Origin: an uncultured virus (IMG/VR IMGVR_UViG_3300025296_001443) | Lineage: Duplodnaviria; Heunggongvirae; Uroviricota; Caudoviricetes | Length of the DNA: 64,000 nucleotides | IMG/VR virus record: IMGVR_UViG_3300025296_001443 | Strand: one strand, 5' to 3' | Part shown: in pieces, positions 1 to 10,731 of the stretch | Numbering within the stretch: the first letter of the stretch is position 1 | How the letters are laid out: every line of letters starts with the position of its first letter | Made by a program: the position numbers and the translations under genes | Notes under the pieces: generated by a model | Told to the model about the DNA's origin: nothing | The model's input: only the letters and a program-made list of their open reading frames with translations | Database searches by the model: none

Positions 1-1791
1 TTTTATTTCTTTAATTAATTTATTATTTTCTATAACATCATGGATATTAAAATTAAAATATCTATGAATAGGATATTCTTTAAAAGGATGATGTAAACGA
101 GCTTTTTGATAATTAATAATATCTCTTACAATAAATTCCTCTGTATCATATTTATTTTCTAAATATTGAGAAATTTCATTATAAAATATATCTTTATTTT
201 CTACTAATCGAATACAAGAGGCTTCATCTACTTCCCAATTTATATCTCCTACATTAGGAATGACATCACCCCAATGTCTTTCATTTTTTAAAATTTTAGT
301 TAAATTATTTTTAATAATTAAATATTCTTTTCCTATATAAGTGTGAGGATTTTTTTCACTAAAAGATAATAGATCAGTATAAAAATCTTTATAATTAATT
401 TTATATATTTTTTTCATACCCCTAGATATAAATTGTAATGGACCTAGGTAATGACCAAATATAACTAACCATCTAAATTGATGACCCTTGATCCAATCTT
501 CATGGGAACAAGTTCTTGTTGCTGTTACAAAAGAAACTAAATCATCTACTAACTTTTCAGGATTTGATCTATGAGAAAATCTAGGTTGCGCATCCACTGA
601 TTCAATTCCAAATTTATCTTTATAACCAGGTTCATTTATAGGAGCATTAGGAAGTAACATCATTAAATGTACATCTAAATAAGTATGATATCCTTCTTCC
701 ATTATATAAGTTACTCCATCAATAAAAGAATTAAGTGTTTCTTCTGGAAGTCCCCAAATTAATTCTACATAACTAGCTATATTTTCTTTTTCATACATAT
801 CAATAAACTCTTTTAGTTTACCACTATGAACATTCTTTCTTTTAATAGCTTTTAAAGCATCTGGATTAAAAGATTGTAAAGCAATAGTCATACCTTTTTG
901 AATATCATACTTTTCAAAGAGCTTTGCTATTTTTAAAACTTTATCAGCTTGTCCTTTAGCCCATGTAACTCTAAAAGCTTGTGGATATCCTGTTTTCTCT
1001 TTTACTTTAACTACATACTCAGCTAAATCATAATCAGTATCAAATAAAATACCAAAATTAGAATTAGCATCAGTTACATATTCTATTTTATTTTTAGCAA
1101 TCCAATCTATTTCTCTTTTAGTTTTTTCATAACTTGTTTTAATTTTTTGATAATACTTGTCTCCTATTTCACAAAAGGCACAACTGAAAGGACAACCTCT
1201 AGCTGATTCTACAGTAGCGTGAAAACTATAATTCTTTTCTTTTTTATTCTTTTCTATAACTAAATCGTAACTACCATCTAGAAAAGGACTAGGATTATCA
1301 TGTATACCTTCTAATCTCACTCTAGGAGGGTTTATTACTTCTTTATTATCTACATTATAAGTAATTCCTTTAACTTCTTTTAAATCTTTATTAAGTAATA
1401 TTTCTTTTATAGTTTCTTCACCTTCAGTATGAATAAGTATATCTACATAAGAATGTTCTTCAAAAAAACCTTTAGCTCTATCAGCCAGCGGTTGATGTTG
1501 ACCTCCATATATTATTTTACAATGAGGATATTTTTCTTTTATAGTTTTAGCTATTTGACAATTTAAATTCCAATTCCACATGAAACAACTGAATAGTAAT
1601 ATGTCTGGATCTTTAATTTTGGTTATAATATCTTCTGCTTCTTCTCTAGCATAAAACCAATCTTTTAAAATATAGTTTTCTTTTATTTCTTTTATATTTT
1701 TAACATATGACCATATTACACCCGAGCTATATGGTAAATAAACTTGGTCAGCGAATACATCACTTAATTCAAATAAGTATATATTTTTCAT
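1..1791 (-). CDS. Cobalamin-binding radical SAM enzyme (class B methyltransferase-like), partial; runs off the window edge
   Basis: Not in ORF track (no stop inside window). Hand translation from ATG at 1791: MKNIYLFELSDVFADQVYLPYSSG...DILLFSCFMWNW...KIIYGGQH...EGEETI (B12-binding domain), then ESARGCPFSCAFCE (CxxxCxxC), DANSNFG, ELIWGLPEET. Confidence 0.85.
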   Translation of the reverse strand, partial: MKNIYLFELSDVFADQVYLPYSSGVIWSYVKNIKEIKENYILKDWFYAREEAEDIITKIKDPDILLFSCFMWNWNLNCQIAKTIKEKYPHCKIIYGGQHQPLADRAKGFFEEHSYVDILIHTEGEETIKEILLNKDLKEVKGITYNVDNKEVINPPRVRLEGIHDNPSPFLDGSYDLVIEKNKKEKNYSFHATVESARGCPFSCAFCEIGDKYYQKIKTSYEKTKREIDWIAKNKIEYVTDANSNFGILFDTDYDLAEYVVKVKEKTGYPQAFRVTWAKGQADKVLKIAKLFEKYDIQKGMTIALQSFNPDALKAIKRKNVHSGKLKEFIDMYEKENIASYVELIWGLPEETLNSFIDGVTYIMEEGYHTYLDVHLMMLLPNAPINEPGYKDKFGIESVDAQPRFSHRSNPEKLVDDLVSFVTATRTCSHEDWIKGHQFRWLVIFGHYLGPLQFISRGMKKIYKINYKDFYTDLLSFSEKNPHTYIGKEYLIIKNNLTKILKNERHWGDVIPNVGDINWEVDEASCIRLVENKDIFYNEISQYLENKYDTEEFIVRDIINYQKARLHHPFKEYPIHRYFNFNIHDVIENNKLIKEIK

Positions 1792-1792
1792 G

Positions 1793-3355
1793 TTAAAATT
1801 TCTTGTTATAACCTAGTGTAAACTGTCTATCTTCACCTGTAAAGCCGTGTGGCATTTCATATGATTGATTTAATAAATTATTAATATTTAAAGTAAAGCC
1901 ATTCTTTTCTATTCCAAAATTAATTAGATGTAATTCTTTCATTTTAATAGTAGACCAATTGCTATTATGAATATCATAACTTTCTCCTATAAAACTATAA
2001 TCAGTAATTAGATTAAATTTATTAATATTAAAAAAATGATTAAAACCAGCTTTCCATTTTGGTCGTCTTAATTGAACTATTTCATTCTTTTTGCTATTTA
2101 AATGAGAAGCAAATATATTAAAATTGTCTTTTTTATAAGATACTTCTACTCCATCTTGATTTTGTATTCCAGTATCTGATTCAAAAAGAGATAAAGTAAG
2201 GTTATTATAATCTAAACTTACTTCATTAGTTTTACTATCTTCTTCATTAGTCCATAGTGTTTTCTTTTTATATCCAGTTGAATGATTAGCTCTTATATCT
2301 AATTTATCTGTTAAACTTTTAAATAAACCTAAACTATAAGTTTCATTATCAGAATCCTTCCTTGCACCTAAAGAAAATATATTATAATTATAATTAGCAA
2401 ATAAACTTATATTATCATCATCTTGAGTTAGTGATTCGTCATATTTATAATCTAATCCTAGACCATAAGTATTAGCTTGATGACCTATTTTAAAAAAGTA
2501 ATTACTAGATTTATATTGATCATTTTCATATTGCCTATCATAAGTATGAGTATGTAAAGTTATATAATTAGTATAGTTTTTAGTTTTATAATCTAATCCA
2601 GATTGAAAAGCATAAAAGTTATTATTACTAAATCCATCTTGAATATCTAAAGAATGACCATCAATATTTGCAAAAGTATTTCTAGAAAATAAAGTAGTTC
2701 TAAAATTAATATTATCAAACCATCTATTAATATTTATAGCTACTGATTTATTATTAACACTATCTTTATCAGTTCCTCCACTTAAAGCTGATTTATCTTT
2801 ATCTTTATAGCCACCGCCTTGAATACTAATATTCCAATTATTTATATTTTTATAATAATTACCACTAACACTTTTATCAGTAGTTGCTATATTGTTTTGA
2901 TAATTAACAAAAGTAATAATATTAATAGCTCCGCCTATCGCATCAGCACCAAATTTACTTGCTGAAGCACCTTTATAAATTTGGATCATTGACACATTAT
3001 ACATAAAATCTTGACCAAAATCAAATTGACCTGTAGGAGAAGAAAAATCATTTATAGGAATTCCATTAAGTAATACTAATGTATGATTACTATTAGTTCC
3101 TCTTAAAAATAAAGATGAAGTTTGACCAATAGGTCCTGATTGAACTGCGTTAGTTCCATTAACAAAATTTAATACTTTATTTAAAGTAATTAAATTAAAT
3201 GTTTTTATTTCTTTTTGTGTAATAGTATTAGTAGGTTGTATTCTAAAATCTAATTTATTAGAATTAGGATAAATAGTTACACATGGAATATTATCTTTCC
3301 AATTACAAGCTGTGGCTGATGTTGTTACTAATAAAAATATTATAAACCATCTCAT
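1793..3355 (-). CDS. btuB: TonB-dependent outer-membrane receptor, BtuB (vitamin B12)-like
   Basis: Signal peptide; plug motif GQTSSLFLRGTNSNHTLVLLNGIPIND resembling E. coli BtuB; IQIYKGASASKFGADAIGGAINIIT; C-terminal NNLLNQSY...GEDRQFTLGYNKKF ending in Phe. Substrate is inferred. Confidence 0.8.
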   Translation of the reverse strand: MRWFIIFLLVTTSATACNWKDNIPCVTIYPNSNKLDFRIQPTNTITQKEIKTFNLITLNKVLNFVNGTNAVQSGPIGQTSSLFLRGTNSNHTLVLLNGIPINDFSSPTGQFDFGQDFMYNVSMIQIYKGASASKFGADAIGGAINIITFVNYQNNIATTDKSVSGNYYKNINNWNISIQGGGYKDKDKSALSGGTDKDSVNNKSVAININRWFDNINFRTTLFSRNTFANIDGHSLDIQDGFSNNNFYAFQSGLDYKTKNYTNYITLHTHTYDRQYENDQYKSSNYFFKIGHQANTYGLGLDYKYDESLTQDDDNISLFANYNYNIFSLGARKDSDNETYSLGLFKSLTDKLDIRANHSTGYKKKTLWTNEEDSKTNEVSLDYNNLTLSLFESDTGIQNQDGVEVSYKKDNFNIFASHLNSKKNEIVQLRRPKWKAGFNHFFNINKFNLITDYSFIGESYDIHNSNWSTIKMKELHLINFGIEKNGFTLNINNLLNQSYEMPHGFTGEDRQFTLGYNKKF

Positions 3356-3465
3356 CAGGTAATTTATAATAACTAATTAGTTATCAAAACAATTTTATGA
3401 TTTATTTCCACATTTACAACGTTTTCCAAAAAGTTTATCTATAAGTTTTTCAAATAATTTTTTTA

Positions 3466-3855
3466 TCATTTTTTCTTAATTATATCGGCTCCTTTTAATC
3501 CGTATATTGCTGATACTACTCCAATAAATAAAGCTTGATACCAGAATGGCATATTATTAAATTGTTCAAAAAACTTTTCTAATTTAATCATAATTTCCGG
3601 GTCATCAGAAAATATAGACCAAATTAATAACATCACTGGGGCTGACACCAATATCAGCACGAACTCATCTTTCCATCCTTGATTATTATTAGTTATTATT
3701 GCTTTTTTATATTCTAGTTCACCAGAAGCCATACGTTCAGCATGTTTCATTTCTGCAACTGATTCTAATTCTTTACTTCTTCGTCTATTTGATGCTATAC
3801 TCATTCCAGTTTTAATGATCCCAGGTACAAGTTTAGCTGCAATATTAAGCCACAT
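3466..3855 (-). CDS. Putative holin
   Basis: Two hydrophobic segments, WKDEF motif, basic C-terminus; overlaps the endolysin stop. Confidence 0.6.
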   Translation of the reverse strand: MWLNIAAKLVPGIIKTGMSIASNRRRSKELESVAEMKHAERMASGELEYKKAIITNNNQGWKDEFVLILVSAPVMLLIWSIFSDDPEIMIKLEKFFEQFNNMPFWYQALFIGVVSAIYGLKGADIIKKK

Positions 3856-4288
3856 TTATATCCTCCTTAATTAACCATTCTTTTAAATTAAACCCAGGAC
3901 AATTTGGTTTATTCGCTTGTACATCACAATGTCCTACTATTTCTACGATATTAGGATTAGTCATTTTAATTTTTTTAATTAAATCTTTTAATGATAAAAA
4001 TTGTTCTAAGGTAAAATTATTTTCAGCATCACCATCTTCTGCCATACCACCTACTAAACAAATAGCTATACTTTTAGAATTTACAGAAGGAGCGTGTGCT
4101 CCTTGAAAAGCTTCAGCTCTAGCTACTTCTACAGTACCATCACGTTTTATGATATAATGATAACCTACATCATCCCAACCATTATCTTCTACGTGCCATT
4201 TACGAATTTCAGTTCTTCCAATATCCATAGATGGTTTAGTTGCAGCACAATGTACTACGATCATTTCTGTTTTTTTTCTTAACTCCAT
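3845..4288 (-). CDS. Endolysin, N-acetylmuramoyl-L-alanine amidase (T7 lysozyme-like)
   Basis: IVVHCAAT, GWDDVGYHYII, GAHA, IVGHCD..KPNCPGF zinc-amidase motifs. Confidence 0.92.
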   Translation of the reverse strand: MELRKKTEMIVVHCAATKPSMDIGRTEIRKWHVEDNGWDDVGYHYIIKRDGTVEVARAEAFQGAHAPSVNSKSIAICLVGGMAEDGDAENNFTLEQFLSLKDLIKKIKMTNPNIVEIVGHCDVQANKPNCPGFNLKEWLIKEDINVA

Positions 4289-4575
4289 GTAGCTTTCCTT
4301 TTTTGAACTATTCTACATTTTTTATTAATTAAGTCTACCGATAAAATATGTATACGTTTGTCTTTAATTCTAGGTGAACGAGCTATTAAACTTCCATCTT
4401 TTCTACGAGCAATATGTTTTACATCAAAAAATTTATGTTCTAATGTTTTTGGATCCACGGCAATTAAATCAATAGCACAATGTGTTTGACTTCCTTTAAA
4501 CACATAATAACCTTGTTCTTGTAACCAACACACTGCTAGATTTTCACAAAGACAACCCTTATTTTTAGCCAGCAT
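4279..4575 (-). CDS. Small PD-(D/E)XK endonuclease-like protein
   Basis: KG..CE.LA..WL...GY.VF, IDLIA, FFDVK. Confidence 0.6.
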   Translation of the reverse strand: MLAKNKGCLCENLAVCWLQEQGYYVFKGSQTHCAIDLIAVDPKTLEHKFFDVKHIARRKDGSLIARSPRIKDKRIHILSVDLINKKCRIVQKRKATWS

Positions 4576-7500
4576 TATTGAGCAAGTTCTTTCTCAAATT
4601 TTTCTTCTTTAATATCTCTTTTTTCTTCTTTGCCAGCACTTATTATAGCTTCTTCAGCAGCTTTATAACTTTTAACTGGAAGATCAACAAATACTGCTTT
4701 AAGAGCTTTGATTGCATACTTTGCGCCAACATCTACAGGAAAAAACATGTCAGCATCACCTTGCATTCTATCATCACCTTTCATTTCTGAAAATTTATCT
4801 TCTAAATATTCTTTTTGAACCATAGGATTTTTTAAAGGTGCTGTCCAATTTCCTTTTCTAGGAATTAAATTAAACGATTGTCTTAAACCAGCTCCTCTAT
4901 TGAATCCTAAATTTACGAAATCAATAAAATTATCTCTAGTAAGATATTTAGAAGCAAGTTTACCGAGTGTTGTATCTTCCATTTTTATATATTTTAATGC
5001 TTTATCTATAAAAGTTATTCTTTCTTTTTCAGGAAGTTTTCCAATCCAAGCTGGAAAGTTACCAGCTAAAAAATTTTTCTTTGCAGCTTCTGTAAACATT
5101 GCATAGTCTGTAAATAAAAATATATTATCAGTATTCATTTTAGTTTTATCTAATAATCGTGCAAATCTATTAAGAATTAATCTTTTATGATTTAGTGGTC
5201 CGTAAATCATATCAATAAATAAAGCTGCATTTTCTGTAGCGTCTTTAACACTCATCTGAGCAGCTTTAGCAAGATTTTTAGGAACTTGTAACATTTCTAA
5301 AACATCTCCCATTGCTCTCATTGTTTGAAAAAAAGAAGGATCATATAATTGTAAAATAACTGATCTATTACTATTTAAAAAAGCATTCATCTTAAAACCA
5401 TTAATAGTTGTTGTTGATGAAACACCTCCGACAGTTGTTTGAATACCTTTATGTAATATATTAGGAGTAAAAGTTCCGTCTGTTACTTCTTTCATCATTC
5501 TACTTAAATAAATTTCACGAATTTGTAATACTGTTTTGGTAGGTAAAGCATTTAATAATTTTGTAAGATTAGTAGTTTTTACAAAGGCGTCAGAAAGTAT
5601 ATGTTCTACTATTTCACCCGGACCTGCATTACTTAAAGCACTCCAGTTTTTTATTCCTGGTAAAAATTTAGCAACAGTTGAATTTATATCAGCAACTGCT
5701 GCATAAGCATTATCAAAAGCATCTATTACTTTTTGTGTATTATAAAGTTTTTTGTATTGGTTAGTTCCTAATATAGCTTCATAGTTTTTACCAAATTTTG
5801 AAAAAAACTCTTTATGAGACATTAAAGCTTTTCCTGTCGCTGGATCAGGAATTACTTTATTAAGATAATTTCTATATAAAGTGGTTTTTATAACATTTGA
5901 AGTTGCATTAGGAATAGTTTTATTTGCCATTAAAGTTCCTAAATGTGATGCTTCAATAAGAGATTGATCTGTAGTATTAATAATTTTATTAAATAATTTC
6001 TGTGAAGAAAATTCTAAATTTTTCATTCCAGTACCATAAACAGTAGCATGACCAAACTCTTTATTAAAATTATTAAAAAAAGAATTTCTTTTGGCTTCTA
6101 ATAAAGCATGACGTTCTAATACTTGTTTAGCAAGTTCTTTATTATTACCTTTAATTAATACCTCAAAAATATCTTTATTAATTTTTGTAGCTAATAATAT
6201 AAATTGACCTTGAGTTGTACCTTCTGTTATATTAGTCATTAGTTGAAGAGAATTTTTTAAAGCATAAGCATCTTTTAAAGTTATATTTTTTTTACCTATT
6301 TCTCCCATACCTTCATAGACTATTTTCATTTCTTTGCCAATTTGAGTAAAGCCTCCTTTTTCTAAAAGTTTATAAACTCTAAATAATTTATTATTTCTTT
6401 CGAGATTTAGTTTTTGTTTAAGAGTAAGAGGTTTTTTACCTTTCGTTATTAATTTACTAGGAAATAATCCTTTTGAAAATTTAAATCCTTTCATCTCTTT
6501 ATTAATTATTTTAAGAGCATCTTTTAAATTAAGTTTCATTAAATCTGTATTTTTTGAAATACCAGCTGAAATGTTATCATCTAAAGCTGATAAACGAGCT
6601 GTAATACTTTTATAAGCATCATCTAAAGTAACTCCAAAGTTTTCCATATATTTCATGGATAGATCATCTATAAAAGTTCCTTCTAATTTAGTTAGTTGTG
6701 TTGTATTTTTAAGTAAAGCCAGTTCAGCTTGTTTTATTCCAACTTCAGCTTGATTTGTTATTTGTTTTTGAATATTCATAATAATATCATCAGCTGCTTT
6801 ATTTCCTACTTCTCCTACTTGAGTTGTTTTTAATAAAATTTTCTTTTCAAGGTCTTTAAATTTAGACATATTTTCTAATCTCATTACTTCATCAGATAAT
6901 AAAGCTCGTTGCGCAGCACTTCCTTTTTTAATTAATTGATCAGAGTGAAGAATAGCCTTTCCTAATGATACAGCAAAATAATTATCTACTTCTGTCTGTG
7001 TAAAGTTAAATTCTTTTTTTATCATTGCTTTAACTTTATTTACTTCTGTAAATAATCCCTTATTAACTTTACCTTCCGTTTCTATAAATTCTTTAATAGT
7101 GCTCGTACTTAATTGAGATTTACCTAAAATAGTAGGAAGAAGTAATTTAGCGCCTGCTAAAAATACTCCTGTTGCTGCAGCATCAATCGCAGCGTATTTT
7201 ATAGCTGCATTTTTAGCAACTTCCCAAAATTCTTCAGGATCTTCATATATGTCGTTTTGTAAACCTAAGTGATGGTAACCATACATTAACCTTGCTAATT
7301 CTGAAAATCCAGCAGAAACTGCAGAGCCTGCAACTGTACCCATAGGACCCAAGGTACTTCCAAAAGTAGCCCCTACTATCGAAGCAACGATAGGACCACT
7401 ATCAGCTACAGCATCAGAAAGGTCTGCCATACCTATTTCAGGAGAATCAACTGCTGCAAACATATTAGTTCCACCTAGTTCTTTAGGAATTCTATAAACT

Positions 7501-8183
7501 AATCCTTTTTTTTCTTGACCTTTAAAATTTAATGAAACAGTTTTAACTTCTATTTTATCTAAATAGTTTTTAAGAGTTTCTTTATCATATTCTCCACTAT
7601 CGCTTATTCTTTTAATAAGTAAATTTTTAATATTATTTTCTTTAAACTGCGCTCCATCTAAACCAAATCCTAAATCAAATCTAATACTACCTTTTATTTC
7701 ACTCTCTTTATCAGCTTTATATCCATTAACTTCATATAATAATTTAGCTGAGATATAATTATCTGCTACTTGCAGTCCTACATCATCAACAACCACTGCT
7801 TCTGATTTTTTAAGAGCTTCAGGTTTAGTTTTTATAATTAAATCTAAATCTATTCCATCTTTAGCTAAAAATTCTTTATCACCTTCGTACTCTGATTTAC
7901 CTTCATAATCAATCGTTTTAGTATCTCCTTCTTTATATGTTCCTGATACTATTTTTTTAGCTTCTTCAAGAGATACATCTGCTTCAAGTAATTCATTAAT
8001 ATCTTTTTGCTGGTCTTCAGTAAATTTAACTTCAGCAACTTTTATATTTTCAGGTTCTTCTATTTTTATTTCTTCTTTTATAATTTCGTTATCAGGTTCT
8101 TCTATTTTTACTTCGTCAGTTTTAGATAAGATATTATCTGGAAGTTTAATATTTTCTTTAATAATTTTTTCGTTTTCAAGCAT
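4575..8183 (-). CDS. Large internal virion/ejection protein (putative)
   Basis: 1202 aa, helical, Ala/Gly-rich hydrophobic patch; sits at the end of the morphogenesis operon before lysis genes. Confidence 0.55.
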   Translation of the reverse strand: MLENEKIIKENIKLPDNILSKTDEVKIEEPDNEIIKEEIKIEEPENIKVAEVKFTEDQQKDINELLEADVSLEEAKKIVSGTYKEGDTKTIDYEGKSEYEGDKEFLAKDGIDLDLIIKTKPEALKKSEAVVVDDVGLQVADNYISAKLLYEVNGYKADKESEIKGSIRFDLGFGLDGAQFKENNIKNLLIKRISDSGEYDKETLKNYLDKIEVKTVSLNFKGQEKKGLVYRIPKELGGTNMFAAVDSPEIGMADLSDAVADSGPIVASIVGATFGSTLGPMGTVAGSAVSAGFSELARLMYGYHHLGLQNDIYEDPEEFWEVAKNAAIKYAAIDAAATGVFLAGAKLLLPTILGKSQLSTSTIKEFIETEGKVNKGLFTEVNKVKAMIKKEFNFTQTEVDNYFAVSLGKAILHSDQLIKKGSAAQRALLSDEVMRLENMSKFKDLEKKILLKTTQVGEVGNKAADDIIMNIQKQITNQAEVGIKQAELALLKNTTQLTKLEGTFIDDLSMKYMENFGVTLDDAYKSITARLSALDDNISAGISKNTDLMKLNLKDALKIINKEMKGFKFSKGLFPSKLITKGKKPLTLKQKLNLERNNKLFRVYKLLEKGGFTQIGKEMKIVYEGMGEIGKKNITLKDAYALKNSLQLMTNITEGTTQGQFILLATKINKDIFEVLIKGNNKELAKQVLERHALLEAKRNSFFNNFNKEFGHATVYGTGMKNLEFSSQKLFNKIINTTDQSLIEASHLGTLMANKTIPNATSNVIKTTLYRNYLNKVIPDPATGKALMSHKEFFSKFGKNYEAILGTNQYKKLYNTQKVIDAFDNAYAAVADINSTVAKFLPGIKNWSALSNAGPGEIVEHILSDAFVKTTNLTKLLNALPTKTVLQIREIYLSRMMKEVTDGTFTPNILHKGIQTTVGGVSSTTTINGFKMNAFLNSNRSVILQLYDPSFFQTMRAMGDVLEMLQVPKNLAKAAQMSVKDATENAALFIDMIYGPLNHKRLILNRFARLLDKTKMNTDNIFLFTDYAMFTEAAKKNFLAGNFPAWIGKLPEKERITFIDKALKYIKMEDTTLGKLASKYLTRDNFIDFVNLGFNRGAGLRQSFNLIPRKGNWTAPLKNPMVQKEYLEDKFSEMKGDDRMQGDADMFFPVDVGAKYAIKALKAVFVDLPVKSYKAAEEAIISAGKEEKRDIKEEKFEKELAQ

Positions 8184-8194
8184 ATCATTTTACT

Positions 8195-9658
8195 TTATTG
8201 TTGGTATTTTTCAATTTTCTTTTTTTTAATATCTTCTTTTTTCTTTTCAGCAGTTACAAAAATTGTATAAGGATCATCTTCTAGTTCTGATTCTTTAACT
8301 TTCATTGTTTGATAGTAATAAGCTGAAATATAACCAGCATCAGTTACATCATCTTTACTTCCAAATAATGTTTCTAAAGTTTCATCAGTTACTATATTTT
8401 CTTTTCTTAATTTATCAGAAATCATTTTTTCTGCCATGTGAATAGATTTACTTTCAAATTGAGGATCCTCTAATCTAAAGAATTCATATGCAAACTTTTC
8501 ACTTCCTAATGATATTTCTCTGGCTGCCATTTGTGCAGCTATTAATCTTCTTAAAGCTTCAGGTTTAGAACCTATATCACCTTTCGCTTTTAATAAAGTT
8601 TCAATATCTTTATTAGATACTGGATATAATTCTTTAACTTCTTTAACAACTTGTGCATAAGTTGCAGCTTGAAATAAATCATTAAATATAACTTGTTCAT
8701 CTAATCCCATTTTATTTCCATGTTCTTTAATATAATCTTCATCTGAGAATGTTTTAAGTAAGTTATTATATATTTCTTGTCCACCTGGAACTTCTGATAA
8801 AACTGCTTTTAAGTTTGAAAATGTTTTATTAAGTACACCAGTAGGAAGTTCTTTTCCATCTAATGCAATATTTTTAGCTAAATTATATTTATGAGCAACC
8901 GCAGTTGCTTTTTTACTATCTCTTATTCTTTCTTTCCAACCTTCGAAATCGGAATAAATAGCTTTTTCACCAATGGATTCATATCTTCTCATTGGATTCA
9001 TAGCTTTATATTTCGCTAAATCTTCAGCAGCAAATTGTTTTTCAGCTTTAATAACTCCACTTGAAATCATACCTAATGGAGATTTAGCTTGACCTAGTGG
9101 TTTAATACCAGATGATTCATTTATTATATTTAAACCCATTAAAAACATTCTTTTTCTATCTTTATCCTTCCATACTTCTTCCATTTTCTTAGGTAAGGCT
9201 GTAGCAATATTTTCAAAAGCTGATCCGACATTTTCTGTAAACTTAGCAAAACCAGTTTTCTCTTTCTCTGGTTTTGGCTTTGGTAAAATAATTTTATCAC
9301 TTAAAGCAGCTCCGCCCTTAATTTCTATTTTTTTATCATCTACTACTATTTCATCATTATCATCTACTACTATTTCATCATTATCATCTACTACTTCATC
9401 TACTTTATCTTTATCAAAGATAAATTTACCTTCTTCATTTAAGCTACCATAATCTCTCTTTCCTTCTTTATTTTCTATATATCCCCAATTTAAATTTTTC
9501 TTATGTCTATAATCAGGATGACTCTCTATATCTTCAGTAGAACTTCGATTCATTTTATAATTTTTTTCAGGCTTTAAATGCTTTTCTAAACTTTCTAGTT
9601 TTTTTTCATTTTCTTTTAATTTTTCTACTTCATCTATAATATAATCAAGATTAGCCAT
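8195..9658 (-). CDS. Internal virion protein (putative)
   Basis: Position among ejection proteins; charged helical sequence. Confidence 0.5.
   Translation of the reverse strand: MANLDYIIDEVEKLKENEKKLESLEKHLKPEKNYKMNRSSTEDIESHPDYRHKKNLNWGYIENKEGKRDYGSLNEEGKFIFDKDKVDEVVDDNDEIVVDDNDEIVVDDKKIEIKGGAALSDKIILPKPKPEKEKTGFAKFTENVGSAFENIATALPKKMEEVWKDKDRKRMFLMGLNIINESSGIKPLGQAKSPLGMISSGVIKAEKQFAAEDLAKYKAMNPMRRYESIGEKAIYSDFEGWKERIRDSKKATAVAHKYNLAKNIALDGKELPTGVLNKTFSNLKAVLSEVPGGQEIYNNLLKTFSDEDYIKEHGNKMGLDEQVIFNDLFQAATYAQVVKEVKELYPVSNKDIETLLKAKGDIGSKPEALRRLIAAQMAAREISLGSEKFAYEFFRLEDPQFESKSIHMAEKMISDKLRKENIVTDETLETLFGSKDDVTDAGYISAYYYQTMKVKESELEDDPYTIFVTAEKKKEDIKKKKIEKYQQ
9333..9395. repeat. 24-bp in-frame tandem repeat (about 2.6 copies; DEIVVDDN)
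   Basis: ttatcatctactactatttcatca at 9333 and 9357, partial copy at 9381. Confidence 0.9.
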
Positions 9659-10731
9659 TAAACCTCCTTGAAGTCTACATCAAGTTTAGAGTAATCTACC
9701 ATTAAGTATCCATTAGCATCTACTTCTGCAGCTTGAGGTACTTGATGAGCCATTACACCTTGATATTTTTTATCATCACCTTTATATCTAAAAGTATAAA
9801 CATTAATTCCCATAGGAGATTTTCCTACTAATGTAATATCTTCTTTCATTCTTATATCAGACATTGCATAAGCTGATAATCCTGCACCTGCTACTTGACC
9901 AAAGATACTCGGGCCAGCTACTGGTGTACCTACTGATCCTGATCTTTCTTCTCCATAACTTCTTATAGGAGCACCTGATAAAGCTCCAACCATTTGTCTT
10001 ATTTGTCCAGCAGGATATTCTCTTGCTTCTATAAAGTCACGATATCCTTCTGCTAATTTAGCTTGTTCTATACCACGTGCTTGTGCACCAAAAGCTTGAA
10101 GACCTTGCGCACCTGATTGTAAAGCTCCTATCTGAGTAGTTGCAGCACCTAGTTGTTGCCCTAGTCCTCCCATTTGTGCAGCTCTATCTTGAGCAAATCT
10201 ACTTGCACCTGATTCAAAACCTGCTTGTCTTAATCTTGCTGTTGTATCAGCTACTGAATCTAAATATCTTTCTTGTCCTAATACGTTTTCTATACCTTGT
10301 CTTGATCCACCAAAAGCACCTGCCCCTACAGCAGAAGCATCCATAGCTCTACTACTTTGTCCATAAGCTTCTCCTAAATCTGTTAATGCTCCTGAAATAA
10401 CTTGATTCTCATAAGGATTAGCATAAGCTTGAGCTGTTGCAGTATCATAAGTTTGAGCACCAGCATTTGCTATTTGTTGACCTATACCAGCTAATTGACC
10501 AGCTTGAGGAACTACTTGTTGAGAATATACATTTTCAGCTGCAATTTCTTGCGGATAAAGGGAAGCTATACGTTGACCTTGATACGCTGTATAAGGTTGA
10601 CTAAAAACATTCTCTGCTGTTCTTAAAGTTCGTTCTTGAATTTCTTTAAAGTATTCAGGTATATCATAGCTAGTCGATGACTGCGATGGTGCCTGTACTA
10701 CTGTTGTGCTTGGTTTGAATATACTACCCAT
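9658..10731 (-). CDS. DNA-transfer/ejection protein with C-terminal intramolecular-chaperone (peptidase S74-like) domain
   Basis: Gln/Ala/Gly-rich body with NPYENQV and GAFGGSRQG; C-terminal SDIRMKEDI...YTFRYK...GVMAHQV...YLMVDYSKL. Confidence 0.65.
   Translation of the reverse strand: MGSIFKPSTTVVQAPSQSSTSYDIPEYFKEIQERTLRTAENVFSQPYTAYQGQRIASLYPQEIAAENVYSQQVVPQAGQLAGIGQQIANAGAQTYDTATAQAYANPYENQVISGALTDLGEAYGQSSRAMDASAVGAGAFGGSRQGIENVLGQERYLDSVADTTARLRQAGFESGASRFAQDRAAQMGGLGQQLGAATTQIGALQSGAQGLQAFGAQARGIEQAKLAEGYRDFIEAREYPAGQIRQMVGALSGAPIRSYGEERSGSVGTPVAGPSIFGQVAGAGLSAYAMSDIRMKEDITLVGKSPMGINVYTFRYKGDDKKYQGVMAHQVPQAAEVDANGYLMVDYSKLDVDFKEV

Noticed and set aside
3356..3465. Cobalamin riboswitch upstream of the BtuB-like gene
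   Set aside because: Only about 110 bp, very AT-rich, no B12-box-like sequence; mostly filled by a possible 24-aa ORF (MIKKLFEKLIDKLFGKRCKCGNKS).
9333..9395. 24-bp tandem repeat as a phase-variation or diversity-generating target
   Set aside because: In-frame low-copy expansion in an acidic linker; no reverse transcriptase or template repeat seen.
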